From: Variovorax sp. IB41 | GTDB taxonomy: Bacteria > Pseudomonadota > Gammaproteobacteria > Burkholderiales > Burkholderiaceae_C | Direction of reading: 5' to 3' | Assembly: GCF_016405905.1 (NCBI RefSeq) | Contig: NZ_JAEFCB010000004.1 | Span: 297,710-321,709, forward strand | DNA length: 24,000 nucleotides | Shown here: in pieces, positions 15,476 to 23,781 of the stretch | Layout of the letters: each line of letters begins with the position of its first letter | How positions within the stretch are numbered: the first letter of the stretch is position 1 | Position numbers and translations under genes: made by a program | Notes under the pieces: model-generated | Databases searched by the model: none | What the model saw: only the letters and a program-made list of their open reading frames with translations | What the model was told of the DNA's origin: nothing

Positions 15476-16561
15476 ATGAGTACCCTTTTCCACCCCCTTC
15501 GCGTGAAGGCCATCGAGCCCGACACGCACGAGGCCGTCATCGTCTCGTTCGAAGTGCCGGCCGACCTGCAGGAAGTCTTCGGCTTCACGCAGGGCCAGTA
15601 CCTCACCCTGCGCCACGACATCGACGGCCAGGACCTGCGCCGCTCCTATTCGATCTGCGCGGGCCTGGACGACGGCGAGCTGCGCGTGGGCGTGCGCAAG
15701 GTGCGCGGCGGCGTGTTCTCCAACTGGATCAACGCGAACCTGCAGCCGGGCGACACGCTGCAGGTGATGGCGCCGCAGGGCCGCTTCTTCGTGCCGATCG
15801 AGCCGGCCTCGGCGCGGCACCACGTGGGCATCGCGGGCGGCAGCGGCATCACGCCGATCCTCTCCATCATGAAGACGGTGCTGGCGCGCGAACCCGCGAG
15901 CCGCTTCACGCTGATCTACGGCAACCGGCAATTGCAGTCCACGATGTTCAAGGAAGAAATCGAGGACCTGAAGAACCGCTACATGACGCGCCTCGTGCTG
16001 CTGCACGTGTTCTCCGACGAGCACACCGATTCGCCCCTGGGCTTCGGCGTGATGAACCGCGAGAAGATCGGCGAGTTTTTGCAGTCCGTGGTGCCGGCCA
16101 AGAAGATCGACCACGTGTATGTCTGCGGCCCGTTCCAGATGAACGACGAGGCCGAGGCCGCGCTGCTCGCGGCCGGCGTGCCGGAAGACCGCATCCACAT
16201 CGAGCGCTTCGGCGTCGCCCTGCCCTCGGCCACACAAGTGGGCGCCGTGGTGCACGAGCCGCTGCCGGGCGACGCCAAGCAGGCCCGCATCACCATCGTG
16301 CGCGACGGCCTTCAGCGCGAGATCACCTTCACCGAAGGGCAGCCCAGCATCCTGGATGCGGCCTCGGCCGCGGGCCTGGAAGTGCCGTTCTCGTGCACCT
16401 CGGGCGTGTGCGGCACCTGCCGCGCCAAGTGCGTGGACGGGGAAGTCCGCATGGAACGCAACTTCGCGCTCGACAAGAATGAAGTGGCCGCGGGGTTCGT
16501 CCTGACCTGCCAGGCACACCCCCTCACCGAACGTGTCACCTTGTCCTTCGACGAGCGTTGA
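15476..16561 (+). CDS. paaE: PaaE, phenylacetyl-CoA epoxidase reductase (FNR-like domain plus plant-type 2Fe-2S ferredoxin)
   Basis: The 361-aa product starts MSTLFHPLRVKAIEPDTHEAVIVSFEVP, like E. coli PaaE. It carries the FAD motif RSYSI, the NAD motif GGSGITP, and the C-terminal ferredoxin cysteines CTSGVCGTCRAK...C. Confidence 0.92.
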   Translation: MSTLFHPLRVKAIEPDTHEAVIVSFEVPADLQEVFGFTQGQYLTLRHDIDGQDLRRSYSICAGLDDGELRVGVRKVRGGVFSNWINANLQPGDTLQVMAPQGRFFVPIEPASARHHVGIAGGSGITPILSIMKTVLAREPASRFTLIYGNRQLQSTMFKEEIEDLKNRYMTRLVLLHVFSDEHTDSPLGFGVMNREKIGEFLQSVVPAKKIDHVYVCGPFQMNDEAEAALLAAGVPEDRIHIERFGVALPSATQVGAVVHEPLPGDAKQARITIVRDGLQREITFTEGQPSILDAASAAGLEVPFSCTSGVCGTCRAKCVDGEVRMERNFALDKNEVAAGFVLTCQAHPLTERVTLSFDER

Positions 16562-16604
16562 TACTTCAGGCCTCAACGATTTTTCAACCCGGAGACAAGC
16601 CCAA

Positions 16605-17750
16605 ATGAAATTCTTCAAGCCCCTTCTGATCGCCGCGCTGTGCGCCACCGCCGCCGCGGCGTGGGCCGACGTCAATGTCGGCGTGACGGTCTCGGCCACC
16701 GGCCCTGCCGCCTCGCTCGGCATTCCCGAGAAGAACACCATCGCGCTGATGCCCAAGACCATCGGCGGCCAGAAGATCAACTACATCGTGCTGGACGATG
16801 CCTCCGACACCACCGCGGCCGTGGCCAACACCCGCAAGCTCATCGCCGAGAACAAGGTCGACATCGTGCTGGGCTCCACCACCACGCCCAACTCGCTCGC
16901 GATGATCGACGTGGTGAGCGAGGCCAAGGTGCCGATGATCTCCATCGCCGCTTCGGCCCGCATCATCGAGCCGATGGATGCGAAGAAGAAGTGGGTCTTC
17001 AAGACGCCGCAGAACGACATCATGATGTCGCTGGCCATCGCCGAGCACATGGCCGCCAACGGCGTGAAGACGGTCGCCTTCATCGGCTTCTCCGACGCGT
17101 ACGGCGAAGGCTGGTCGGAAGAATTCGCCAAGGCCGCCGCGCTCAAGAAGATCACCATCGTGGCCAACGAGCGCTACTCCCGCAGCGACACCTCGGTGAC
17201 CGGGCAGGCGCTGAAGATCATGTCCGCCAAGGCCGACGCCGTGCTGGTCGCAGGCTCGGGCACGCCGGCCGCGCTGCCGCAGAAGACGCTCAAGGAGCGC
17301 GGCTACACCGGCAAGATGTACCAGACGCACGGCGTGGCGAACGCCGACTTCCTGCGCGTGGGCGGCAAGGACGTGGAAGGCACCTTCCTGCCCGCCGGCC
17401 CCGTGCTCGTGGCCGACCAGCTGCCGGCCAGCAACCCGGTCAAGAAGTCCGCGCTGACCTACGTGGCGGCCTATGAAGCGGCCAACGGCAAGGGCACCGT
17501 GTCGACCTTCGGCGCGCATGCGTGGGACGCGGGCCTCCTGATGACGTCGGCCGTTCCGGTCGCGCTGAAGAAGGCGCAGCCGGGCACGCCGGAATTCCGC
17601 GCGGCGCTGCGCGATGCGCTGGAGCAGGTCAAGGAAGTGTCGGGCGCGCATGGCGTGTTCAGCATGACGGAGAAGGACCACCTGGGTCTGGACCAGCGCG
17701 CCCGCGTGATGGTCAAGATCGAAAACGGCGCCTGGAAATACCAGCCTTAA
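16605..17750 (+). CDS. ABC transporter periplasmic substrate-binding protein, LivK/type-1 PBP (HAAT) family
   Basis: ATG 16605 follows GGAGA and lies inside track ORF 16533-17750. The signal peptide is MKFFKPLLIAALCATAAAAWA/DV. The mature start VNVGVTVSATGPAASLGIPEKN and the overall 381-aa architecture are typical of Leu/Ile/Val-binding-protein-family receptors. Confidence 0.88.
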   Translation: MKFFKPLLIAALCATAAAAWADVNVGVTVSATGPAASLGIPEKNTIALMPKTIGGQKINYIVLDDASDTTAAVANTRKLIAENKVDIVLGSTTTPNSLAMIDVVSEAKVPMISIAASARIIEPMDAKKKWVFKTPQNDIMMSLAIAEHMAANGVKTVAFIGFSDAYGEGWSEEFAKAAALKKITIVANERYSRSDTSVTGQALKIMSAKADAVLVAGSGTPAALPQKTLKERGYTGKMYQTHGVANADFLRVGGKDVEGTFLPAGPVLVADQLPASNPVKKSALTYVAAYEAANGKGTVSTFGAHAWDAGLLMTSAVPVALKKAQPGTPEFRAALRDALEQVKEVSGAHGVFSMTEKDHLGLDQRARVMVKIENGAWKYQP

Positions 17751-17772
17751 GGAGCAAACCCCACCCCCAAAC

Positions 17773-17841
17773 CCGTTCGCCCTGAGCTTGTCGAAGGGCC
17801 GCTTCGAACGCGCAAGGCTTCGACAGGCTCAGCCCGAACGG
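17773..17841. repeat. REP-like palindromic element (unit A), 25-nt arms with a 19-nt loop
   Basis: The left arm CCGTTCGCCCTGAGCTTGTCGAAGG (17773-17797) and the right arm GCTTCGACAGGCTCAGCCCGAACGG (17817-17841) pair at 21 of 25 positions. The pairing includes a CC/CC internal mismatch near the base. The loop is GCCGCTTCGAACGCGCAAG. Confidence 0.85.
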
Positions 17842-17860
17842 CCGGGGCACTTAGAGCCAC

Positions 17861-17920
17861 CCTTCGCTCCGAGCTGCCACCCCTTCGCCTAGCTGCCGGG
17901 CCGTTCGCCTGGCTGCCAGG
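17861..17920. repeat. Three degenerate ~20-nt tandem reiterations of the REP left-arm head, abutting unit B
   Basis: The copies are CCTTCGCTCCGAGCTGCCAC (17861-17880), CCCTTCGCCTAGCTGCCGGG (17881-17900) and CCGTTCGCCTGGCTGCCAGG (17901-17920). They are followed directly by the unit B head CCGTTCGCCCTGAGCTTGTC (17921-17940). Copies 2 and 3 match at 17 of 20 positions. Confidence 0.65.
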
Positions 17921-17989
17921 CCGTTCGCCCTGAGCTTGTCGAAGGGCGGCTCCGAGCATGCAAGGCTTCGACAAGCTCAGCTCGACCGG
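17921..17989. repeat. REP-like palindromic element (unit B), 25-nt arms with a 19-nt loop
   Basis: The left arm is CCGTTCGCCCTGAGCTTGTCGAAGG and the right arm is GCTTCGACAAGCTCAGCTCGACCGG, pairing at 21 of 25 positions. The loop GCGGCTCCGAGCATGCAAG closely resembles the unit A loop. Confidence 0.8.
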
Positions 17990-18024
17990 TTCGGGGGCAT
18001 TCAGCCTCGATTGAAAGTTCTCGT

Positions 18025-19053
18025 ATGGATTTGCAGATCGCCCTGTTGTTGGGGCAGGACGGCATCGTCAACGGTGCCGTCTATGGATTGATGGCGCTCG
18101 CCCTCGTGCTGGTGTTCTCGGTCACGCGCGTCATCTTCATTCCCCAGGGCGAGTTCGTCGCCTTCGGGGCCCTCTCGATGGCGATGCTGCAGGCCGGCCG
18201 CGTGCCGGCCACGCTGTGGCTCTTGCTCGCGCTCGCGGCGATCGTGCTGGTGGTGGAGTTCTGGCGCTGGAAGCGCGGCGCGGTGGTCGACTGGGCCTCG
18301 GCGCTTGCGTGGTGCGTGGTGCTGCCGCTGGCCGCCGCCGCGCTGGTGCTGCTGCTCAAGCCCACCTCGATGGCGGGGCAGACGCTCACCACGCTCATCC
18401 TCATCATGCCGCTCGGCCCGCTGCTCTATCGGCTGGCCTACCGGCCGCTGGCCGATGCCAACGTGCTGATGCTGCTGATCGTCTCGGTCGCGCTGCACGG
18501 AGTGCTGGTGGGCCTGGGTCTCCTCTTCTTCGGCGCCGAGGGATCGCGCACCACGGCCTTCTCGGACGCGCGCTTCGACGTCGGCGGCATTCCGGTCAGC
18601 GGGCAGTCGCTGGTGGTGGTGGGCGTCACGCTGCTGCTGGTGATCGCGATGTTCCTGTTCTTCGGGCGCTCGATGGTCGGCAAGGCGCTGCGCGCCACCG
18701 CCATCAACCGCGTGGGCGCACGGCTCTCGGGCATTCCGACCGAGCTCTCGGGCGACCTGAGCTTCGCGCTCGCGGCGCTCATCGGCGCGGTGTCGGGGCT
18801 GCTCATCGCGCCGATCACCACCGTGTACTACGACACCGGCTTCCTCATCGGCCTCAAGGGCTTCGTCGCGGCCATCGTCGGCGGGCTCGCGAGCTATCCG
18901 CTGGCGCTCGTCGGCGCGCTGCTGGTGGGGCAGCTGGAAGCCTTCGCCTCTTTCTGGGCCAGCCCCTTCAAGGAGGTGCTGGTCTTCACCCTGATCATTC
19001 CCGTGCTGTGGTGGCGATCGCTGCGCAGCCATCATGTGGAGGACGAGGAATGA
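18025..19053 (+). CDS. Branched-chain-amino-acid-type (HAAT family) ABC transporter permease, LivH-like
   Basis: The 342-aa product is polytopic. Its N-terminus (GIVNGAVYGLMALALVLVFSVTRVIFIPQGEFVAFGA) aligns with the LivH pattern NG..Y.L.A.....V.....F.HGE. The stop overlaps the next start as ATGA. Confidence 0.88.
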   Translation: MDLQIALLLGQDGIVNGAVYGLMALALVLVFSVTRVIFIPQGEFVAFGALSMAMLQAGRVPATLWLLLALAAIVLVVEFWRWKRGAVVDWASALAWCVVLPLAAAALVLLLKPTSMAGQTLTTLILIMPLGPLLYRLAYRPLADANVLMLLIVSVALHGVLVGLGLLFFGAEGSRTTAFSDARFDVGGIPVSGQSLVVVGVTLLLVIAMFLFFGRSMVGKALRATAINRVGARLSGIPTELSGDLSFALAALIGAVSGLLIAPITTVYYDTGFLIGLKGFVAAIVGGLASYPLALVGALLVGQLEAFASFWASPFKEVLVFTLIIPVLWWRSLRSHHVEDEE

Positions 19054-20951
19054 GCTCGCCATCCAACAACATCGCCGCCACTGCTCCGCCCGCCGGCAAG
19101 CCGCTGGTCACGCCGCGCCAGCTCACCCTGGTCTTCGTCGTCGCGCTCGCGATGGCCTGGGGCTTTCTGCCCGAGTTCACCGTGTCCGTGCTCAGCAATA
19201 TCGGGCTCTATGCGCTGGTCGCGGCGGGCCTCGTGATGCTCACCGGCGTGGGCGGTATGACCTCCTTCGGCCAGGCCGCGTTCGTCGGTATGGGCGCCTA
19301 CGCCACCGCATGGATCTGCACCTCGCCCACCGCCGCCGCATGGATGGGCGGCGCGGTGAGCCCCGCGCTGTTGCCATGGGCGGGCCTTGCGCTCGGCCTG
19401 GTCTTTACCTTCGCGCTCGCCTGGACGCTGGGCGCGGTCACGCTCAAGCTGCAGGGCCATTACCTGCCGCTGTGCACCATCGCCTGGGGCCTGAGTCTTT
19501 ACTACCTGTTCGGCAACATGGATTTCCTGGGCGGCCAGACCGGCATCACGGGCGTGCCGCCGCTGGTGGTCGCGGGCTTCTCGCTCGCCACGCCGCGCGC
19601 GCTGGGCGTGGTGATCTGGGGCGTGCTGCTGCTCGCGCTGTGGGCGATGCACAACCTGCTCGACTCGCGCGAAGGCCGCGCCATCCGCGCGCTCAAGGGC
19701 GGGCGGCTCATGGCCGAGTCGATGGGCGTCGATACGGCGCGCCACCGCATCAAGCTGTTCGTGCTGGCCGCGCTGCTCGCGGCGGTATCGGGCTGGCTCT
19801 ATGCGCACCTGCAGCGCTTCGTGAACCCGACGCCCTTCAACCTGAACATCGGCATCGAGCTTTTGTTCATGGCCGTGGTCGGCGGCGCGGGACACCTCTG
19901 GGGCGCGGTGCTCGGCGCGACGCTCATCACGCTGCTCAAGGAAAAGCTGCAGGACGTGCTGCCCGCGCTGCTGGGCACGAGCGGCAACTTCGAGGTGATC
20001 GTGTTCGGCCTTCTGATGCTCTTCGTGCTGCAGCGTTTTGCGGACGGGCTCTGGCCCACGGTCTCGCGGCTGGCGAGCCGCTGGGTGCGCGACGACGCGC
20101 GCAAGGCGGCGCCTGCCTTGGTGCACCCCTCCACGATGCAGCTCGTGCAACGCAAGCTGCCCGCATCGGGCGAGCTGCTGCTCGAAGCCAGCGACGTGAG
20201 CAAGCGCTTCGGCGGCCTCGTGGCCAACAACGCGATCTCGATGACGCTGAAGGCCGGCGAGATCCATGCGCTGATCGGCCCGAACGGCGCCGGCAAGAGC
20301 ACCTTCTTCAACATGATCTCGGGCGTGGACGATCCCACCTCGGGCGAGGTGCGGCTCTCGGGCCAGTCGATGGCAACGAAGCCTTCGCGCGCCTTCGCCG
20401 CGCTGGGCCTGGGCCGCACCTTCCAGCATGTGCGGCTGCTCGGGCAGCGCAGCGTGGTCGAGAACGTCGCGCTCGGCGCCCACCTGCGTGCCAAGCGCGG
20501 CTGGCTCGCCGCGATGCTGCGGCTGGACCGCGCCGAAGAGGCTGCGCTGATGGCCGAGGCGCGCCGCCAGATCGAACGCTGCGGCCTCGGCGCGCACGCC
20601 GACACGCCGGCCGCATCGCTCTCGCTCGGCCAGCAGCGCGTGGTCGAAATCGCGCGCGCGCTCGCAGGCCAGCCGTCGGTGCTGCTGCTCGACGAGCCCG
20701 CCGCGGGCCTGCGCCACCTGGAAAAGCGCGCCCTCTCCGTGCTGCTGAGCCAGCTGCGCGCCGAGGGCCTGGGCATCCTGGTGGTGGAGCACGACATGGA
20801 GTTCGTGATGAACCTGGCCGACCGCATCACGGTGCTCGAATTCGGCACCGTCATCGCGACCGGCACGCCGGCCGAAGTGCAGGCCAACCCGCGCGTGCTC
20901 GAGGCCTACCTCGGCGGCGCCGACGACGAACTGCTGGAAGACGCACGATGA
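19050..20951 (+). CDS. Fused HAAT-family permease (LivM-like) and ATP-binding (LivG-like) protein
   Basis: ATG 19050 lies inside track ORF 18216-20951. About 340 aa are polytopic (GQAAFVGMGAYATAW...GITGVPPL, LivM-like). A linker follows, then an ABC ATPase with Walker A GPNGAGKST, signature LSLGQQR and Walker B LLLDEPAAG, for 633 aa in total. Confidence 0.88.
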   Translation: MSSPSNNIAATAPPAGKPLVTPRQLTLVFVVALAMAWGFLPEFTVSVLSNIGLYALVAAGLVMLTGVGGMTSFGQAAFVGMGAYATAWICTSPTAAAWMGGAVSPALLPWAGLALGLVFTFALAWTLGAVTLKLQGHYLPLCTIAWGLSLYYLFGNMDFLGGQTGITGVPPLVVAGFSLATPRALGVVIWGVLLLALWAMHNLLDSREGRAIRALKGGRLMAESMGVDTARHRIKLFVLAALLAAVSGWLYAHLQRFVNPTPFNLNIGIELLFMAVVGGAGHLWGAVLGATLITLLKEKLQDVLPALLGTSGNFEVIVFGLLMLFVLQRFADGLWPTVSRLASRWVRDDARKAAPALVHPSTMQLVQRKLPASGELLLEASDVSKRFGGLVANNAISMTLKAGEIHALIGPNGAGKSTFFNMISGVDDPTSGEVRLSGQSMATKPSRAFAALGLGRTFQHVRLLGQRSVVENVALGAHLRAKRGWLAAMLRLDRAEEAALMAEARRQIERCGLGAHADTPAASLSLGQQRVVEIARALAGQPSVLLLDEPAAGLRHLEKRALSVLLSQLRAEGLGILVVEHDMEFVMNLADRITVLEFGTVIATGTPAEVQANPRVLEAYLGGADDELLEDAR

Positions 20952-21706
20952 CCGCGATGACCACACCCCTGCTCCAACTCGAAGACTTCTGCGTCGCCTA
21001 CCGCACCGTCGAAGCGGTGCACAGCGTGCGCCTGCATGTGAACGAAGGCGAGATCGTCACCGTCATCGGCCCCAACGGCGCGGGCAAGACCACGCTCCTG
21101 TGCGCGGCGATGGGCCTCCTGCCTTCCACCGGTGCGCTCACGCTCTCGGGCGAGCGCATCGCGCGCCCGGGCGTGGAGACCATGGTCGCGCGCGGCGTGG
21201 CGCTCGTGCCCGAGCGGCGCGAGCTGTTCGGCGAGATGTCGGTCGAAGACAACCTGCTGCTCGGCGGCTTCTACCAGTGGCGCAAGGGCAAGCGCGACCA
21301 GCGCGCGCGCATGGAGGAGGTGTTCGCCATCTTCCCGCGCCTGCGCGAGCGCAAGCCGCAGATGGCCTCCACGCTCTCGGGCGGCGAACGCCAGATGCTG
21401 GCCATCGGCCGCGCGCTGATGGCGCGGCCGCGCCTCCTGATGCTGGACGAACCGTCGCTGGGCCTCGCGCCGCTCGTCGTGCGCGAAGTGCTGCGCGTGG
21501 TCTCGCAACTGCGAAGCCATGGCGTCTCGGTGCTGCTCGTGGAGCAGAACGCGCGCGCCGCGCTGCAGGTGGCCGACCGCGCCTACGTGCTGGAGATGGG
21601 CGCCGTGGCGCTCGAAGGCAATGCGCGCGAGCTGCTGCACGACCAGCGAATCATCGACACCTACCTGGGCATCGGCAACCGCAACGCGGAACCCGCCGTC
21701 GCCTGA
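20948..21706 (+). CDS. HAAT-family ABC transporter ATP-binding protein, LivF-like
   Basis: ATG 20948 overlaps the preceding stop as ATGA. The motifs are Walker A GPNGAGKTT, signature LSGGERQ and Walker B LMLDEPSLGLAP. The product is 252 aa. Confidence 0.9.
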   Translation: MTAMTTPLLQLEDFCVAYRTVEAVHSVRLHVNEGEIVTVIGPNGAGKTTLLCAAMGLLPSTGALTLSGERIARPGVETMVARGVALVPERRELFGEMSVEDNLLLGGFYQWRKGKRDQRARMEEVFAIFPRLRERKPQMASTLSGGERQMLAIGRALMARPRLLMLDEPSLGLAPLVVREVLRVVSQLRSHGVSVLLVEQNARAALQVADRAYVLEMGAVALEGNARELLHDQRIIDTYLGIGNRNAEPAVA

Positions 21707-21729
21707 ACCCCGGACGCTCAAGGACTTCC

Positions 21730-23781
21730 ATGACCACCCTTCAAAGCTACATCGCCGGCCGCTGGATCGGCAAAGAAAGCGCGCAGCAGCTGCGCAGCGC
21801 CATCAACGGCCAGTCCGTGGCCGCGACGCATGCGGAGGCGATCGACTTCGCCGAAGCGCTGCAGTACGCGCGCCGCACGGGCATTCCCGCGCTCATGAAG
21901 CTGGACTTCCAGCAGCGCGCCGAGCGCCTGAAGGCGCTGGCCAAGTACCTCGCGGCGAACAAGGAAACGCTCTACGCGATCTCGGCCCACACCGGCGCCA
22001 CGCGCGCCGACAGCTGGATCGACATCGAAGGCGGCGCCGGCACGCTGAGCGCCTATGCGGGCATCGGCTCCAACGAGCTGCCCTCGGGCAACCTCGTGCA
22101 CGAAGGCCCGGCCTTCCCGCTCGGCAAGAAGGGCGGCTTTGCGGGCACGCACATCCTGGTGCCGCGCGGCGGCGTGGCGGTGCACATCAACGCCTTCAAC
22201 TTTCCGGTGTGGGGGCTGCTCGAGAAGTTCGCGCCCAGTTTCCTTGCGGGCATGCCGTGCATCGGCAAGCCGGCCTCGGCCACCAGCTACCTCACCGAGG
22301 CGGCCGTGCGGCTCATCGTGCAGTCGGGCATCCTGCCCGAGGGCAGCCTGCAGCTGGTGATCGGCGGCACGGGCGACCTGCTCGATCGCCTCGAAGGCCC
22401 CGACGTGGTGACCTTCACCGGCTCGGCCGACACCGCGGCCAAGCTGCGCGTGCACCCGAACATCGTGCGCCAGTCGATCCCGTTCAACGCCGAGGCCGAC
22501 TCGCTCAACTGCGCGATCCTCGCGCCCGACGTGACGCCCGACGACGAGGAGTTCGATCTCTTCGTGAAGGAAGTGGCGCGCGAGATGACGACCAAGGCCG
22601 GGCAGAAGTGCACCGCCATCCGCCGCGCGATCGTGCCGCGCCAGCACCTGGATGCGGTGGCCGAGCGCCTGCGCGCGCGGCTCGCGAAAACGGTCATCGG
22701 CGACCCGTCGCGCGAAGAGGTGCGCATGGGCGCACTCGCTTCGCATGCGCAGCAGGCCGACGTGGCCGAGCGCGTGGCCATGTTGCTGCAGGGCGCCGAG
22801 CTGGTCTACGGCGAGCGCGACGGCTTCTCGCCCGTGGGCGACGGGGTCGCCGAGGGCGCCTTCTTCGCGCCCACGCTGCTCCTGAGCCGCAAGCCCCTCG
22901 AACACGATGCCGCGCACGACGTCGAGGCCTTCGGGCCCGTCAGCACGCTGATGCCGTATGACGGCATCGACGAAGCGCTAGCGCTCGCCGCACGCGGCCG
23001 CGGCAGCCTCGTGGGCACGCTGGTCACGCGCGATCCGGCCATCGCGGCCAAGGCGATCCCGGTCGCCGCCGCATGGCACGGGCGCCTGCTGGTGCTCGAC
23101 CGCGAAGCCGCCACCGAATCGACCGGCCACGGCTCGCCGCTGCCGCAACTCAAGCACGGCGGCCCGGGCCGCGCGGGCGGCGGCGAAGAGCTCGGGGGCC
23201 TGCGCGCCGTCAAGCACTACCTGCAGCGCGCCGCGGTGCAGGGCTCGCCCACGATGCTGGCCGCGATCACCGGCGAGCACGTGCGCGGCGCGGCCGTGCG
23301 CGAGAGCGATGTGCATCCGTTCCGCAGCTACTTCGAGGACCTGCGCATCGGCGACTCGCTGCTCACGCACCGCCGCACCGTCGGCGAGGCCGACATCGTG
23401 GCCTTCGGCGGCATCTCGGGCGACTATTTCTACATGCACTTCGACGAAGTGGCGGCCAAGGAGTCGCCCTTCGGCAAGCGCATCGCGCACGGCTACTTCG
23501 TGCTCTCGGCGGCGGCGGGCCTGTTCGTCTCGCCCGCGCCCGGCCCGGTGCTGGCCAACTACGGGCTCGATACGCTGCGCTTCGTCAAGCCCGTGGGCAT
23601 CGGCGACACGATCCGCGCGCGCCTCACATGCAAGCGCAAGATCGACCGCAACAAGAAGGACGCGAGCGGCCAGGGCCAGGGCGTGGTGGCCTGGGACGTG
23701 GAGGTGACGAACCAGGATGGCGACGTGGTCGCGAGCTACGATATCCTGACCCTCGTCTCCAAGAAACCGGAAGCCACCTGA
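21730..23781 (+). CDS. paaZ: PaaZ, bifunctional oxepin-CoA hydrolase / 3-oxo-5,6-dehydrosuberyl-CoA semialdehyde dehydrogenase
   Basis: ATG 21730 lies inside track ORF 21100-23781, giving 683 aa. It is collinear with E. coli PaaZ through GATRADSWIDIEGG, VAVHINAFNFPVWGLLEK, MTTKAGQKCTAIRR, TGHGSPLPQLKHGGPGRAGGGEELGGLRAVKHYLQRAAVQGSP and the C-terminal MaoC hot-dog domain (HGYFVLSAAAGLF). Confidence 0.93.
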   Translation: MTTLQSYIAGRWIGKESAQQLRSAINGQSVAATHAEAIDFAEALQYARRTGIPALMKLDFQQRAERLKALAKYLAANKETLYAISAHTGATRADSWIDIEGGAGTLSAYAGIGSNELPSGNLVHEGPAFPLGKKGGFAGTHILVPRGGVAVHINAFNFPVWGLLEKFAPSFLAGMPCIGKPASATSYLTEAAVRLIVQSGILPEGSLQLVIGGTGDLLDRLEGPDVVTFTGSADTAAKLRVHPNIVRQSIPFNAEADSLNCAILAPDVTPDDEEFDLFVKEVAREMTTKAGQKCTAIRRAIVPRQHLDAVAERLRARLAKTVIGDPSREEVRMGALASHAQQADVAERVAMLLQGAELVYGERDGFSPVGDGVAEGAFFAPTLLLSRKPLEHDAAHDVEAFGPVSTLMPYDGIDEALALAARGRGSLVGTLVTRDPAIAAKAIPVAAAWHGRLLVLDREAATESTGHGSPLPQLKHGGPGRAGGGEELGGLRAVKHYLQRAAVQGSPTMLAAITGEHVRGAAVRESDVHPFRSYFEDLRIGDSLLTHRRTVGEADIVAFGGISGDYFYMHFDEVAAKESPFGKRIAHGYFVLSAAAGLFVSPAPGPVLANYGLDTLRFVKPVGIGDTIRARLTCKRKIDRNKKDASGQGQGVVAWDVEVTNQDGDVVASYDILTLVSKKPEAT

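Noticed and set aside
17861-17940. A 20-nt periodic repeat that superficially looks like a tiny CRISPR or iteron array.
   Set aside because: The copies are directly abutting with no unique spacers and are degenerate. They are partial copies of the adjacent REP-like arm. There are no cas genes and no replication gene nearby.
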